Shown: positions 1 through 13,706, numbered from the stretch's first letter. The stretch is 64,000 nucleotides of DNA from Okamejei kenojei (GCA_035221665.1 CM069134.1:31434001-31498000), one strand, 5' to 3'. Numbers and translations are program-made. The notes: a model not told the origin generated them from the sequence alone.

Positions 1-121
1 ATGGAAACTAAATGTGGGATTTTACCCACTACATTATTTAGTGCCCACTCTATAATAAATGTACTTAGGAGGGACAAATTTAGTTTCATTCAGATTATTT
101 TTACTGCTGAGATTTGTTGAA

Positions 122-420
122 GAGCTATAGAGACACGGATAACTTTCAGTGAATGAAGTATGCATCATTAATTTCAACGATAGACACAAAGTACTGGAGT
201 AACTCAGCGGTCAGACAGCATCTCTGGAGAAAAAGGATGGGTTACGTGTCGGGTCCCTTCTTCAAACTGATGAAGGGTCCTTCAGTCCAAAGAACGGTCC
301 CGACCCGAAATGTCACCGAGGTTCTGAAGGGCCCCTTCTTCTCCCGAGATGCTGCCTGACCTACTGAGTTACTCCATCACTTTGTGTCTAACTTCGGTGT
401 ATGCCAACATCTGCAGTTCT
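122..420. repeat. Penelope-derived short repeat as an inverted pair (representative)
   Basis: GACACAAA.TGCTGGAGTAACTCAGCGGG.CAGGCAGCATCTCTGGAG...ACCCTTCTTCAG followed by its reverse complement. Similar units at about 13436-13650, 14110-14460, 34200-34510, 48155-48510 and 54215-54435. Confidence 0.8.
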
Positions 421-531
421 TTTCTCCTCATTCATTTCAATGTCCATTTTTACTCTCCACTACAAACGCTGCCACAAAAAGCTACACATTTCATCAGCTG
501 CAGCTTGCACTTAATAAATAAACAGACTTAC

Positions 532-639
532 CAATGTAAATCTGTCTGTCAAATCGACCCGGTCTCATCAGTGCAGGGTCCAGGATGTCTGGCCGGTTCG
601 TGCCTGCCAACACCACCACATTGATGGCAGTGTTGAATC
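532..639 (-). CDS. AFG3L2: AFG3L2 exon 11 (AAA domain, SRH region)
   Basis: Encodes [37 protein letters not shown]; AG acceptor and GTAAGT donor; 108 nt. The gene continues beyond the left edge. Confidence 0.97.
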
Positions 640-1037
640 CTGTCAAAAACAACAGCAGTTCTAAACTAGCAGTCAAGAAAAACAAAGTCTGAAGATCACC
701 ACAATTTCTTTCCATGTCATAATCACAAAAGCGCTTGCATAGAATAGGAAGGCCGGGAAGATCAGAGGCTCAGCTACTTTCAAGCTTCACTTTCACATTT
801 GACTATTGCTTTTTAGTATGCAAATGCAACACTGTTATAACATTAATATACTGTTGCCACTCAATCACATTGTCTGAACAGGTAGACAAAAGTCCAATTT
901 TGTTTTAATTATATAGATTTTGATAAAATAGTGTTCTAAATTAGAGTGCTATCTACATAATTCTTGCCACTATGTTTGGTGAACAAACGGTTTCCGCAAA
1001 ACTGAATACAGATATTGTGGTTGGTTCTGAATTTGAC

Positions 1038-1125
1038 ATTCTGCTCTATTTTGGGGGCTATCTCATTACTATTAATGAAAAATTCTGCTCTATTTTGGGG
1101 GCTATCTCATTACTATTAATGAAAA
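1038..1125. repeat. Perfect 44-bp tandem duplication
   Basis: ATTCTGCTCTATTTTGGGGGCTATCTCATTACTATTAATGAAAA x2. Confidence 0.9.
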
Positions 1126-1330
1126 AGTATTAAACAGAACAGTTCACGGCAAGATCTGCATGTCTTTAGGATCTGGGGGGGGGGGGGGGGGGAAACCACA
1201 CATGGAATGGAGCGATATGGATCATTTGTAGGCAGGTAATATTAATTTAGCTTGGCGTCATGTTCGGCACTAACATTATGGGCCAAAGGGCCTGGTACTA
1301 TGTTGATTTTTTTGTATTCTGAACCAGAAC

Positions 1331-2000
1331 AGCAGCAGGCAGTGAAGAAAGCGAATGGTATGTTAGCTTTCATAGCAAAAGGATTTGAGTATAGGAGCAG
1401 GGAGGTTCTACTTCAGTTGTACAGGGTCTTGGTGAGACCACACCTGGAGTATTGCGTACAGTTTTGGTCTCCAAATCTGAGGAAGGACATTATTGCCATA
1501 GAGGGAGTGCAGAGAAGGTTCACCAGACTGATTCCTGGGACGTCAGGACTGTCTTATGAAGAAAGACTGGATAGACTCGGTTTGTACTCTCTAGAATTTA
1601 GGAGATTGAGAGGGGATCTTATAGAAACTTACAAAATTCTTAAGGGGTTGGACAGGCTAGATGCAGGAAGATTGTTCCCGATGTTGGGGAAGTCCAGGAC
1701 AAGGGGTCACAGCTTAAGGATAAGGGGGAAATCCTTTAAGACCGAGATGAGAAAGACTTTTTTCACACAGAGAGTGGTGAGTCTCTGGAACTCTCTGCCA
1801 CAGAGGGTAGTTGAGGCCAGTTCATTGGCTATATTTAAGAGGGAGTCAGATGTGGCCCTTTTGGCTAAAGGGATCAGGGGGTATGGAGAGAAGGCAGGTA
1901 CAGGATACTGAGTTGGATGATCAGCCATGATCATATTGAATGGCGGTGCAGGCTTGAAGGGCCGAATGGCCTACTCCTGCACCTAATTTCTATGTTTCTA
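1331..2000 (+). mobile_element. CR1 LINE 3' fragment
   Basis: LYRVLVRPHLEYCVQFWSP...QRRFTRLIPG...FFTQRVV.LWNSLP; 3' UTR hairpin and (TTTCTATG)-type tail. Confidence 0.93.
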
Positions 2001-2229
2001 ACGTGCAGAAGAAACCTACTCAGTCACAGTGCCAACCATAATGCCAATTTAAACTAATCTCATCTGCCTGCATATGGTCAATTTCTTCCAAATTCATGCA
2101 TCTGCCTAAATGCACCTCAAATGTTTCTATCATATCTGATTCCACCATTGACCCTGGCTGAGGGTCCCAACCACAGTGTGTAAAATAAAAAACTTGCCTC
2201 AAAATGTCTTTAAACCTAGCTCGACAAAA

Positions 2230-3510
2230 ACCTGGACCCACTGCAGTTCGTTTACCGCCACAACAGATCAACGGTGGACGCGATCTCGCTGGCCCTCCAC
2301 TCCGCTCTGGACCACTTGGACAACAAAACCTCATATGTCAGGCTGTTATTCATTGACTACAGCTCAGCATTTAACACAATCATCCCCTCCAAGCTGGTTA
2401 CCAAACTCGCAGAACTGGGTCTCTGCGCATCCCTCTGCAATTGGATCCTCGAATTCCTCATTCACAGACCACAGTCTGTTCGTATTGGTGGAAATGTGTC
2501 AGACTCGATAACAATCAGCACGGGAGCACCTCAAGGCTGCGTGCTCAGCCCCCTGCTGTACTCACTCTATACTCATGACTGCGTAGCCGGTCAAAGTGCG
2601 AACTCCATCATCAAGTTCGTTGACGACACCACTGTTGTCGGACGTATCACTGATGGGGATGAGTCGGAGTACAGAAGAGAGATCGAGTGACTGTCCATAT
2701 GGTGCCAGCACAATAACCTGGCCCTCAACACCAGCAAAAGGAACTGATTGTGGACTTTGGAAGGAGTAGGATGGGGACCCACAGTCCTGTTTATATCAAC
2801 GGGTCGATGGTTGAAAGGGTCAATTCCTGGGCGTGCACATCTGTGAAGATATTTCCTGGTCCGAGAACACAGATGCAATTATTAAGAAAGCTCATCAGCG
2901 CCTCTACTTCCTGAGAAGATTACGGGGAGTCGGTCTGTCAAGGAGGACTCTCTCTAACTTGAGAAATGAATCTGATTTTTGTTTAGTGGGTAAACTGGCA
3001 TAAGGAGCACAGTAGAAAGCTTGCTGACCGGTTGCATCGTGGCTTGGCTCGGCAACTTGAGTGCCCTGGAGAGGAAAAGACTACAAAAAGTAGTAAACAC
3101 TGCCCAGTCCATCGTCGGCTCTGACCTTCTTTCCATCGAGGGGATCTACCTCAGTCGCTGCCTCAAAAAGGCTGGCAGCATCATCAAGGACCCACGCCAC
3201 CCTGGCCACACACTCATCTCCCTGCTACCTTCGGGTAGAAGGTACAGGAACCCGAGAACTGCAACGACCCGGTTCAGGAATAGCTACTTCCCCACAGCCA
3301 TCAGGCTATTAAACCTGGCTCGGACAAAACTCTGAACATTAATACCCCTCCACCTGTTATTTGCACTTTATTAATTTATTAATTATTGTGTGTATTTAAG
3401 TATATAATTGTAGTCAATGCCTACTATGTTCTGTTGTGCTATGCAAAGAAAGAATGTCATTGTCCTGTCAGGGACACACGACAATAAACTCTTTTGACTC
3501 TGACTTTGAC
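2230..3510 (+). mobile_element. Rex1/Babar-type LINE, 5'-truncated
   Basis: RT motifs [33 protein letters not shown] and KFVDD; QRLYFLRRL; tail GACAATAAA plus short repeats. Confidence 0.85.
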
Positions 3511-4984
3511 TAAACTTACTCTCTACCCAATCTATGCCCCTCATAACTTTATACACTTTCCTCAGGTCTCCCCTTGATCTACAACACTCCAGAGAAAACA
3601 AACCAAGTTTGTTCTACTTTCCATGTAGCTAATATTCTCTCCAAAATTGCCATCTTTTTCCAGTAATGCAGCAATAAATCCAACCACACACTGTTACTCC
3701 AAATGTGGCCTGGTCAAATATTTATATAGCTTTAACATGACTTCCCAACTTTTATATTTGGTGCCTGACCAATGAAGACAAGTATGCCCAATCCCTTCCT
3801 CACCACTTTCTGGGAGATATGGACCTCATCCCAAGATCCTTCTGGACATCAATGCTCCTTAGCGTCTCACCATTAGCTGTAGACATTCCTCTTACATTTG
3901 ATCTTCCAAAGTCCAATGCCTCATACTTGACTCGAACCATGATTGTGGCTACAAACATCTCTGTCAATGTCCCAGCGATCTCTCTTATCTCCCTCAAAAA
4001 CCTGGGACAGATCCTATTAGGCCCTTTACATTTCTCAAAGGCCCTGCCCGATTTTAGCTTCCTATGCTTCCTTTCTGTTTTTGACTGTCCGTGAAATATC
4101 TTTTGTCAACCAAGGTTCCCAATCTTTGTCATCATCTTTCCTCTTCATAGGATCCAATAACATCATCTCCCAATCTGGCACAACCATTCAGTATACTGCA
4201 TGAAATTATCCTCATTTCAACCAACCATGTTTTGTCCAGTCCCCTCTGAAATAACAGATAAGTGCTCTTGTTTCCTAAAATATGAGCTGCACAGTGGCAC
4301 AGCTGGTAGAAATCAGAGACCAGAGAAACCCAGGTATGATCCTGATCTTGGGTGCTACCTTTGTGGAGTTTATACATTCTCCCTGTGACCGTGTGGGTTT
4401 CCTCCAGGTGCTCTGGCTTCTTCCCACAGCAGTGCTGGTCTGTAGGTTAATTTACTATTTATGCCTCTCATAATTTTTACATATTGCTAGTGCATCAATA
4501 TTCAAGCTTAAATATTGATGCACTAGATGATTCCGTGCTCACATGGTATTCTTTATCATGGGCCATCATATTATATTTGCAGCTTTAAACTATGTACCAG
4601 TGTCACACAATGTTAGAATTGAAAGATACTGTTTATCAACTACTGATGTAGTGCAAGTACTATATTTTTTTAAATAAAAAGGTGGCAGCTAGTGCAGCGG
4701 CTGCCTAATAGGGCCAGAGACCCCGCTTCAATCCTGTCCTCCGGTGCTGTTTTTGTGGAGTCTGCATGTTCTCCTTGTGACTGAGTAGGTTTTCCTCTGC
4801 ATGTTCTGGTTTATAATACAAAAAAATCAACATAGTACCAGGCCCTTCGGCCCATAATGTTGGTGCCGACATGACGCCAAGCTAAATCAATCTTATTTGT
4901 CAATACAGAGCCATATCCCTCCATTCCATGTGTGGTTTCCTCCCAGATTCGAAAGACATGCAGATTGGTAAGGTAATTGGCCTT

Positions 4985-5227
4985 TGTAGTGAGACCATTC
5001 AGGTTGAGCGAAATGATTTTTAATTTTTAATAAAAACAAACAAAAACCAGTGAAATCTGCGTGTCTGACTGCACTAACAATAGTAGCTCCTGTTGCTGGG
5101 AGGAGCGCTGACTAACTAACGGACACACTCCAAAAGCCCGCAAAAACCAACACCCTGCGGTCATATGACCGCACAAACCAATGAAGAGGATTCTGCCCTC
5201 TCCACCCCACCACTAGGTGCCACTACA
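4985..5227 (-). mobile_element. Solo LTR (Gypsy-like) inserted in a SINE
   Basis: TGTAGTG...CACTACA 7-bp inverted termini; CCTT TSD at 4981-4984 and 5228-5231; ATTAAA near the minus-strand 3' end. Confidence 0.8.
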
Positions 5228-6015
5228 CCTTTATAAATTGCTCCTAGTGTGCAAGTGAGTGGTGGATCTCAGGTGGGATGACTAGAATGTGGGAAAAATA
5301 AAAGATAGAACTAGTGCTTGATAAGCATAAATGGTAATATAATGATCCCTGAAGAAGGGTCCCGACCTGAAACGTCACCTATCCATGTTCTTCAACGATG
5401 TTGCCTGACGTGCTGAGTTACTCCAGCACTTTGTGTCACCTCATGGTTTACGCAGACTTGATGGGCTGGATGGCCTATTTCTGTGCGTTCTCTCTCTCTC
5501 TCTCTCTGATTCTATGACTGATTGATCATAGATCACTTAAGCAGTTAAGAAAATATTTTGAATTCCAGAAGTCAGTTGTAGCATTGGGCAATGATTGATG
5601 ATGCAACATGTTAAGTAATTCCTCAATTCTGCTGAAATAAGAAACTACCATTTGGGGAAGTCCAAGAGTGGAACAGATGAAAGTGGCAGAGTTATATGAT
5701 GACAAAGGTGGCTTCAGTTGAAGCTGTGCAGAATTATATTCAAGGACAAAAGCTTTACATTAACATTCCACCAAAGAGGCATGGACAGAAGTCGAGGGAC
5801 AAGAAACTGCAGATGCAGGAAGCTTGAGTAAAACACCATGTGCTTGTGAAATTCAAGGCCTTGAAGAGTCTGGACCCAAAACGTGCCCTCCACACATGCT
5901 GCCTGACCTGTTGAGTTCCTCCAGCACTTTGTGTTTGGACCTACAGAAGTCTCACGGCTTGCCCTACATGACTATTTAAAGCCTCAACAACACGTAACTC
6001 AGCCAGTGAGTTTTA

Positions 6016-6174
<159 letters not shown>

Positions 6175-7297
6175 CTAAAGGGGAGAGGCACAGGATGTAA
6201 ATTTTCTAAAATGTGTTTTATTTTTCTTTATCAATTTGTAAAATAAGAAAACCCGTGCATTTAAACAATGCTCTTCATAGTCTTTGGACACCCAAAGTTA
6301 GAAAAATACCTGATTGTAAGGTGAGATACATAAAGTTTCTAGATACAAAATAGCATCAAGGAACATGGAGAGAGGGCAGAATATAGTATAGAAATGGAGA
6401 GTTGGCAAAGATCATATTGAGGTTCAAAGGACCAAATGGCCATCACCTGCTTCTAATTTATAGGAACAGAACAGGTGGTGCAGCGGTAAAGTTGCTGCCT
6501 CACAGCGCCAGAGACTTAGGTTAGATCCTGATTACCTAAGTCTCGGTTTGTGGGGTTTTCCCCCCCCCCCCCCCCCCCCCCCGAGATCTCCGGTTTCCTC
6601 CCACACTCCAAAGACGTGCAGGTTTGTAGATTAATTGACTTGGTAAATTTGTAAATTGTTCCTGGTGTGTGTAGTCTTAATGTACGGGGATCGCTGGTCG
6701 GCGCAGACCTGGTGGGCTGAAGGGCCTGTTTCTATCAGGTCTCCCTGCAACCTCAAACATTCCGGAGAAAACAATCCAAGTTTTTGCAGGGACCGCTTCC
6801 TGTAGCTAATACTCTGCAATCCAGGCATCATTCTGGTAAACCTCCCCTGCACCCTTTTCAAAGCCTCAATCAACATCCTTCCGATTGTGTGGTGACCAGA
6901 ACTGCACAAATAATCCAAATGCAGTCTAACCAACTCCTGCATCATGACTTCCCGACTTTTAGACACAATGCCCAAATGAAGGCAAGTATACAATAAGCCG
7001 TCTTTACCATTCTATCTTGTGGCGGCCACTTTCAGGGAGTTATGGACTTGCCTTCAGGGGGTTATGACTTTTGTGAATCTCTGGCCTATGACAGCTTAAA
7101 GTAAAGGAGTGTTCTGGATGTTAATGAGATATGCCATAGAGAGCACACATAAGCAGCACACCACCTCACAAACTACATACCCACCTGGCCTGACAGCTGC
7201 CTCTTGCGTCTTCTGTGGAAGAACCTGCACTTCTGCATTGGCAGAAACTACCCAAAGCACAAAACTAGCAGTTGTAAGTCACCCACAATAATAAGTA

Positions 7298-7600
7298 CTG
7301 GCAGAGTGGTGCAGCTAATAGAGCTGCTGCCTCACAGCGCTAGAGACCCGGGTTCAATCCCCACCTCGGATTGTGTCTGTGCGAAGTTTGAATGTTTTCC
7401 CTGTGACTGCGTGGGTTTCCTCCCACATTTGGAAGATGTGTGGGTTTGTAGGTTAAATGGCTTCTTTGAATTGCCCCCCAAGTGTGCAGGGAGTGGATGA
7501 AACAGTGGGATAACATAGAATTAGTGTGAACGGGTAATCGATGATCAGAGTGGACTCAGTGGGCTGAAGGGCCTGTTTCCATTTTGTATCTCTAAATTAA
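7298..7600 (+). mobile_element. tRNA-derived SINE (HE1/V-SINE-like), representative near-complete copy
   Basis: Box A/B-like head (GTGGTGCAGC...GGGTTCAATCC) and CR1-like tail. Similar copies at about 4290, 4680, 6475, 25020, 25940 and 63360 (+) and 10860/12505, 18780/19950, 29490, 61012-61285 and 62065-62345 (-). Confidence 0.85.
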
Positions 7601-8320
7601 ACCAAAATAAGGGAGTACCCAAAAACAAGAACGTTCTGTCACAACAGTGCATTAACGCATGTTAGGAATCCAAATGACTTGGCACCCTCTGCAGGCCGTC
7701 TTGTATTGTACAAATAGGACAAGCAACTTGTCGGTCTCCCAGCAGTGAGAGATGTCAGTCAGGGAATGGTGCCTACTAGCCCATTCCTGACTGCAGGAGT
7801 ATACATCGAGAGATGCACTAAAGCTTGGTGCAGCCATCACCAACGCTCCGTGGGGGAGATCCACAATCTAATGTTTTCTGCTGTTAGACATTGAGGGGCA
7901 GAGTCTGGTGGGGACACCCCTCAAACAAGGGAAGGGCTGAAGAAAGGTTTTGGCCCGAAACGTTGCCCATTTCCTTCTCTCCATAGATGCTGCCACACCC
8001 GCTGAGTTTCTCCAGCACTTTTGTCTACCTTCGAATTTCCAGCATCTGCAGTTCCTTCTTAAACAACGGATATCACCCTAGGGGGCCACACGTGGCAGAG
8101 GTGCTTTAGGTAGGTGCAAACTATACGGAGAATAACACTATTGAATGTATAGACACTGTGAATGTATGAAGAGTTTTTGCGCAGTTTTTGTCTTGTATAT
8201 ACTCTTGATTCTGAATAGAGTTTATTTTTGAAATGAAAAACACTGGGCATCTCCAGTCACCAAGTACCATTGAACACAAAGTGCATGTTAGCACATCACC
8301 TCAACGTCAACATTTGACAC

Positions 8321-9187
8321 GATAGGGGCGCTGCACTGACAGCAGCCACTGCCTGTAGCCCGTTTGTTTTTCCTCTTTTTTTTAAATTTTTAGTCAGTTT
8401 AAAGTGTGTTTTTTTGGGGAATTTTGACTTTTATATGTGGGGGAGGGGGGCAGGGTAAGGGGGAAACTAACTCCCAGTCGCTTCCTGGCGGGGACGTGAC
8501 TATTTCTCCGAGTCGCGTCCTCGCCCCCCACCTCGTGGCCTACCTCCTGGATCAGAGCGGCCTTTCCTGCCGGGGACCGGGATCCGGACCAGAGCCGAAT
8601 CAGCAGTGGCGGCGTTGGAGTCACCGCGGAGCGGGCGATCCCTACCTGGGTCGCCGTTGGAGCTCCGGAGCGTTGGGCCGCTGCTCCAACATCGTGGAGC
8701 TCTGGTTTAGAGAGCTCCCAACGCGGGCGGCGCTGACCATCATCGTGGAGTCCTGGGGCCCTTTGCCGAGGGCCTCCAGCGTTGCATCTCCACCCGGCGC
8801 GGCCAGTGGACTTCGGGAGCCGCAGACTCCGGTAGCAGGGGGCCGACGCGGGGTCCAGGCCACTGAGGACATCCCCCAGCCCCGACGTCGGACTTACATC
8901 ACCCCGGGGAGCGGGCCTGAACATCGGGCCGCCCGTAGCGGCGACAGCGGAGGGCTCGGGGAGGCCCCGACCACGGGTGAACATTGGGGAGCATCGGGAA
9001 GAGACTGACTTTGGTGCCTTCCCTCACGGTGGGAAATTTTGATCCTGCTGTGAGGGGATGTTTTATGTTGAATTTCTGTCTACTCTGTGTTGTGTTCTTT
9101 ATTTTTGGCTGTATGGTGGCTTCATTTCACTGAGCCAATTGGCACATGTGACAAATAAAATCTATCTGTATCTGTATCTGTATCTGA
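8321..9187 (+). mobile_element. Non-autonomous CpG-rich retroposon with a Rex1-like 3' tail
   Basis: GC/CpG-rich body with no RT motifs; ends CACATGTGACAAATAAA(TCTGTA)n, resembling the tail of the Rex1-type LINE at 3470-3510. Confidence 0.6.
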
Positions 9188-9949
9188 TAATAATGAACAA
9201 AAGCTGGTGCAAATTGGCAATGATTATTACCATTGTTCAGATAGGGATTCATACCAGAATGGAAAGGCCCTAATTTTGTGTTATATTTTGTCTGTCACTA
9301 TCTTCCAACTACTGGAATCTATACAGCACTAAAACATTTTAATGGAGAGCCAAATAGCAACCTGCTTCTAGAAGAGAATGCATTTTCTAACTATAGTTTT
9401 AGGCTTTAGCATTTAGCTGGTTATTTGCAGAGCTACAAAGTTTTAACTAATCGCCTGTGAGCAATCATGGTACAGGTCCACCACCAATTATCAGGCAACT
9501 GGTGGTCCGGCACCTCCTTTAATCTGGACAACACTACGCGGGGGCACTGAATTCACACATGCAAGCCCACACAAAAATGTGGTGCCTCGGCCGGGTGAGG
9601 TGGCCGATCTTAACTTCATCGGGACTTCTGCAACCAATCAATGGATCCAATTTGCCTGGAACTCTGGAACACCAGCCCGGCCGGACCGGGCAGATCCGTA
9701 GCCATGGCCGACTTCTGAGGCAGACTTTGCAGGCCAGTATCTCTGTTCCGGTAGTGTTCAACACCTCTCGGAGGCCAGTGTCACTACCAGTTTTTCAGCA
9801 GATTTGGCAAATATCGGCTCAGAGGGGGTCAGCCCAGTAGTCCTGCCGTGAAATCGGCATCTTGGCCCCATGCGCGGTCGCCGAAACGACCTGCATCGGG
9901 ACATCCGAGCGCAACGCGTTAAATGCCGCTCTGGCATAGGGAAGGGAAG

Positions 9950-10258
9950 GGAAGATAGAGGGTAGGGAAGATTCAAACAAGAGGGCATGACATGAGAATT
10001 AAGGGACAGAGGTTTCGGGGTAACGTGAGGGGGAACTTCTTTACTCAGAGGGTGGTGGCTGTGTGGAATGAGCTTCCAGCAGAAGTGGTGGAGGCAGGAT
10101 CGATTTTAACATTTAAGAGTAAAGTGGATAGGTATATGGACGTGAAGGGAATGGAGGGGTATGGTCTGAGTGCAGGTAGATGGGACTAGGGGAAAACAAA
10201 TGGTCGGCACGGACTGGAAGGGCCGAGAGGGCCTGTTATATGGTTATATGGTTATATG
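9950..10258 (+). mobile_element. CR1 LINE 3' end, second family with (ATATGGTT)n tail
   Basis: RGNFFTQRVVAVWNELP; same family as the copy at 28050-29010. Confidence 0.85.
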
Positions 10259-10652
10259 GCTGCCCATGCAAGAAATGCAAGCTTCACTAAAATTAATTTA
10301 CATTGAATCTTTGTTTTGTTTAAGTTTCCCGCAGTCAATGGTGCTTTAATGACAAGGGAGGGATATCTGTACCTCTCCTATCCTTATTTCACACCTTTTG
10401 TCTTTTCATCTCTGGCCTTTGTTCAACCATCTGCTTGTCAAAAACCCCATCTGTATCAACCTATCACTAGCCAGGCTTTGTCCTGTTCCTCCTCTCTTCC
10501 AGCTTCTCCACCCCCCCCCCCCCCCCCCCCCCCACCAAACAAAATTCAGTCTGAGGACCCGAAATGTCATCTATCCATGTTCTCCAGAAATGCTGCCTGA
10601 CCGGCCGCTGAGTTGCTCCAGCACTTTATTTTTAAACTACTATATCGGTTTA

Positions 10653-10862
<210 letters not shown>

Positions 10863-11094
10863 CTAAAAATACAATGCTGAAACAGGCCCTTTAACCCAAT
10901 GAGGCCATGCCAGCCAATGATCACCCCGTACACTAACACTATCCTACATGCTGTGGATAATTTACAATATTATCGAAGCCAATTAAACTACAAATCTGTA
11001 TATCTTTAGAGTGTAGGAGGAAACCAGAGCTCCTGGATGAAACCCATGCGTTCACAGGGAGAACGTACAAACTCTATACACCGATAGCACCTGT

Positions 11095-12502
11095 AACCCC
11101 AATTTTTAAAAAGGGAGGGAGAGAGAAAACGGGGAATTACAGACCAGTTAGTCTAACATCGGTAGTGGGGAAAATGCTAGAATCAGTTATTAAAGATGGG
11201 ATAGCAGCACATTTGGAAAGTGGTGAAATCATTGGACAAAGTCAGCATGGATTTATGAAAGGCAAATCATCTGACGAACCTTATAGAATTTTTCTAGATG
11301 TAACTAGTAGAGTGGATAAGGGAGAACCAGTGGATGTGTTATATCTGGACTTTCAGAAGGCTTTCGACAAGGTCCCACATAAGAGATTAGTATACAAACT
11401 TAAAGCACACGGTATTGGTGGTTCAATAATGATGTGGATAGAGAACTGGCTGGCAGACAGGAAGCAAAGAGTAGGAGTAAACGGGTCCTTTTCACAATGG
11501 CAGGCAGTGACTAGCGGGGTACCGCAAGGCTCAGTGCTGGGACCCCAGCTATTTACAATATATATTAATGATCTGGATGAGGGAATTGAATGCAACATCT
11601 CAAAGTTTGTGGATGACACAAAGCTGGGGGGCAGTGTTAGCTGTGAGGAGGATGCTAGGAGGCTGCAAGGTGACTTGGATAGGTTGGGTGAGTGGGCAAA
11701 TGCATGGCAGATGCAGTATAATGTGGATAAAATGTGAGGTTATCCACTTTGGTGGCAAAAAAACAGGAAAGTAGACTATTATCTGAATGGTGGGCCGATT
11801 AGGAAATGGGAAGATTTCATTAAAGTAGGCATGCAGGTGCAGCAGGCAGTGAAGAAAGCGAATGGTATGTTGGCATTCATAGCAAAATGATTTGAGTACA
11901 AGAGCAGGGAGGTTCTACTGCAGTTGTACAGGGTCTAGGTGAGGCCACACCTGGAGTATTACGTACAGTATTGGTCTCCTAATCTGAGGAAAGACATTCT
12001 TGCCATAGAGGGAGTACAGAGATGGTTCACCAGACTGATTCCTGGGATGGCAGGTCTTGCATATGATGAAAGACTGGATAGACTTGGCTTGTACTCGCTG
12101 GAATTTAGAAGATTGAGGCTTATAGAGACTTACAATATTCTTAAGGGGTTGGACAGGCTAGATGGAGGAAGATTGTTCCCGATGTTGGGGAAGTCCAGAA
12201 TAAGGCGTCACAGTTTAAGGATAAGAGGGAAGTCTTTTAGGACCGAGATAAGAAAATCATTTTTCACACAGAGAGTGGTGAATCTGTGGAATTCTCTGCC
12301 ACAGAATGAAGTTGAGGCCAGTTCATTGGCTATATTTAAGAGGGAGTTAGATGTGGCCCTTGTGGCTAAAGGGATCAGGGGGTATGGAGAGAAGGCAGGT
12401 ACAGGATACTGAGTTGGATGATTAGCCATGATCATTTTGAATAGCGGTGCAGGCTCAAAGGGCCGAATGGCCTACTCCTGCACCTATTTTCCATGTTTCT
12501 AT
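11095..12502 (+). mobile_element. CR1 LINE RT fragment inserted in a SINE
   Basis: [32 protein letters not shown] and KFVDD; internal deletion near 11813; splits a minus-strand SINE (10860-11090 / 12503-12560). Confidence 0.93.
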
Positions 12503-13706
12503 GTAGTCAGGATCGAACCTGGGTCTGTGGCGTAGGAAGGCAACAATTCTACCGCTGTGTAACTCAGGTGCTTCCAAATCAAGCTCGTTTACTAAATCAC
12601 AGGTGTAATGTGTAGATCAACACAAAAGGTAACATGCTGGAAATATTTCATACACACTTACTACCTTACCAAATGCGAAACAAATGTTTTCATGCAGGCA
12701 ACAACATAAATTGTCCCACATATTCAAACATTAACTAGCTTAAAATAATAATTTTTAAAAACTGCTTCCTTCCTAGCATGCTGACTAAACATCATCCAAT
12801 TTTAATTCACTCAAAAGGCTGGTGAACATTGAGGGACTCACTGAAGCTTGGCACAGCCAACGCCAAGGCTCTGTGGGGGAGGACCTCAGTCTAGGATTCT
12901 GTCGCTGCGAGACATTGAGGGACAGAATCCAGTGGTGACACCCATCAAATGAAAGATATATCACTCCAGGTATTGGCACAAGAGTGGCAACGGTGCCCGG
13001 CTTAAATATAGTTGCAAACATGACCGAATATGACTAATGAATATATACACGCTGAGAATATCAGACGAGTTCTTGAACTTTTGTATATATTTTTTACATT
13101 TTTAATAAAGTTTTAACTGGCAAAGAAGGGTTGTGGAACTGACATAAAAGTCAGTTAAATTTATAGTTACAACAGATGCTGCTATGTTATCAGTGAAAGG
13201 CTGGAAGTGGTGGGGACATGAAGATATTGCAGACCACTTTAATTATTTCTGGTAAATGTCCAAGAAAACCATGTTTATATAGTGTACTGGTTGCCCATAT
13301 TAGCAGAATATTAACATTTCTTTTACCACTAAGTCTCAGTATAATACATATCTCAATGCCAAAATAAAACTTACAGGACTGGGTAATGGCACTACTTTCA
13401 ACAAACTACCAGTAAACCTTAATTATACCTTAAAAGGACACAATGTGCTGGAGTAACTCAGCGGGTCAGGCAGCATCTCTGAAGAACATGGATAGGTGAC
13501 GTTTCGGGCTTGGATTGAAGAAAGGTCCCCACCCGAAACGTAACCTATCAGAGATCAGAGCTTCAGAGATGCAGCCTGATCTGCTGAATTACTCCAGTAC
13601 TTTGTGTCCTTTTTTTGTAAACCAGTATTTGCAGTTCCTTGTTTCTAGTTGTTAATTATACCTTAATCAGCTTGGATGGATTTTGCCTGAAAACAAGGCA
13701 GCTCAC

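Noticed and set aside
7298-7370. tRNA-like A/B boxes here and in similar copies
   Set aside because: These are SINE heads without a full cloverleaf, not tRNA genes.
8394-9008. ORFs of about 200 aa on both strands
   Set aside because: They lie in the GC-rich body of a repeat with no recognisable domain.
9471-9950. Possible Tigger/pogo-like left end (TA-CAGGTCCACC...)
   Set aside because: No matching right TIR is visible because a CR1 truncates it; too weak to classify.
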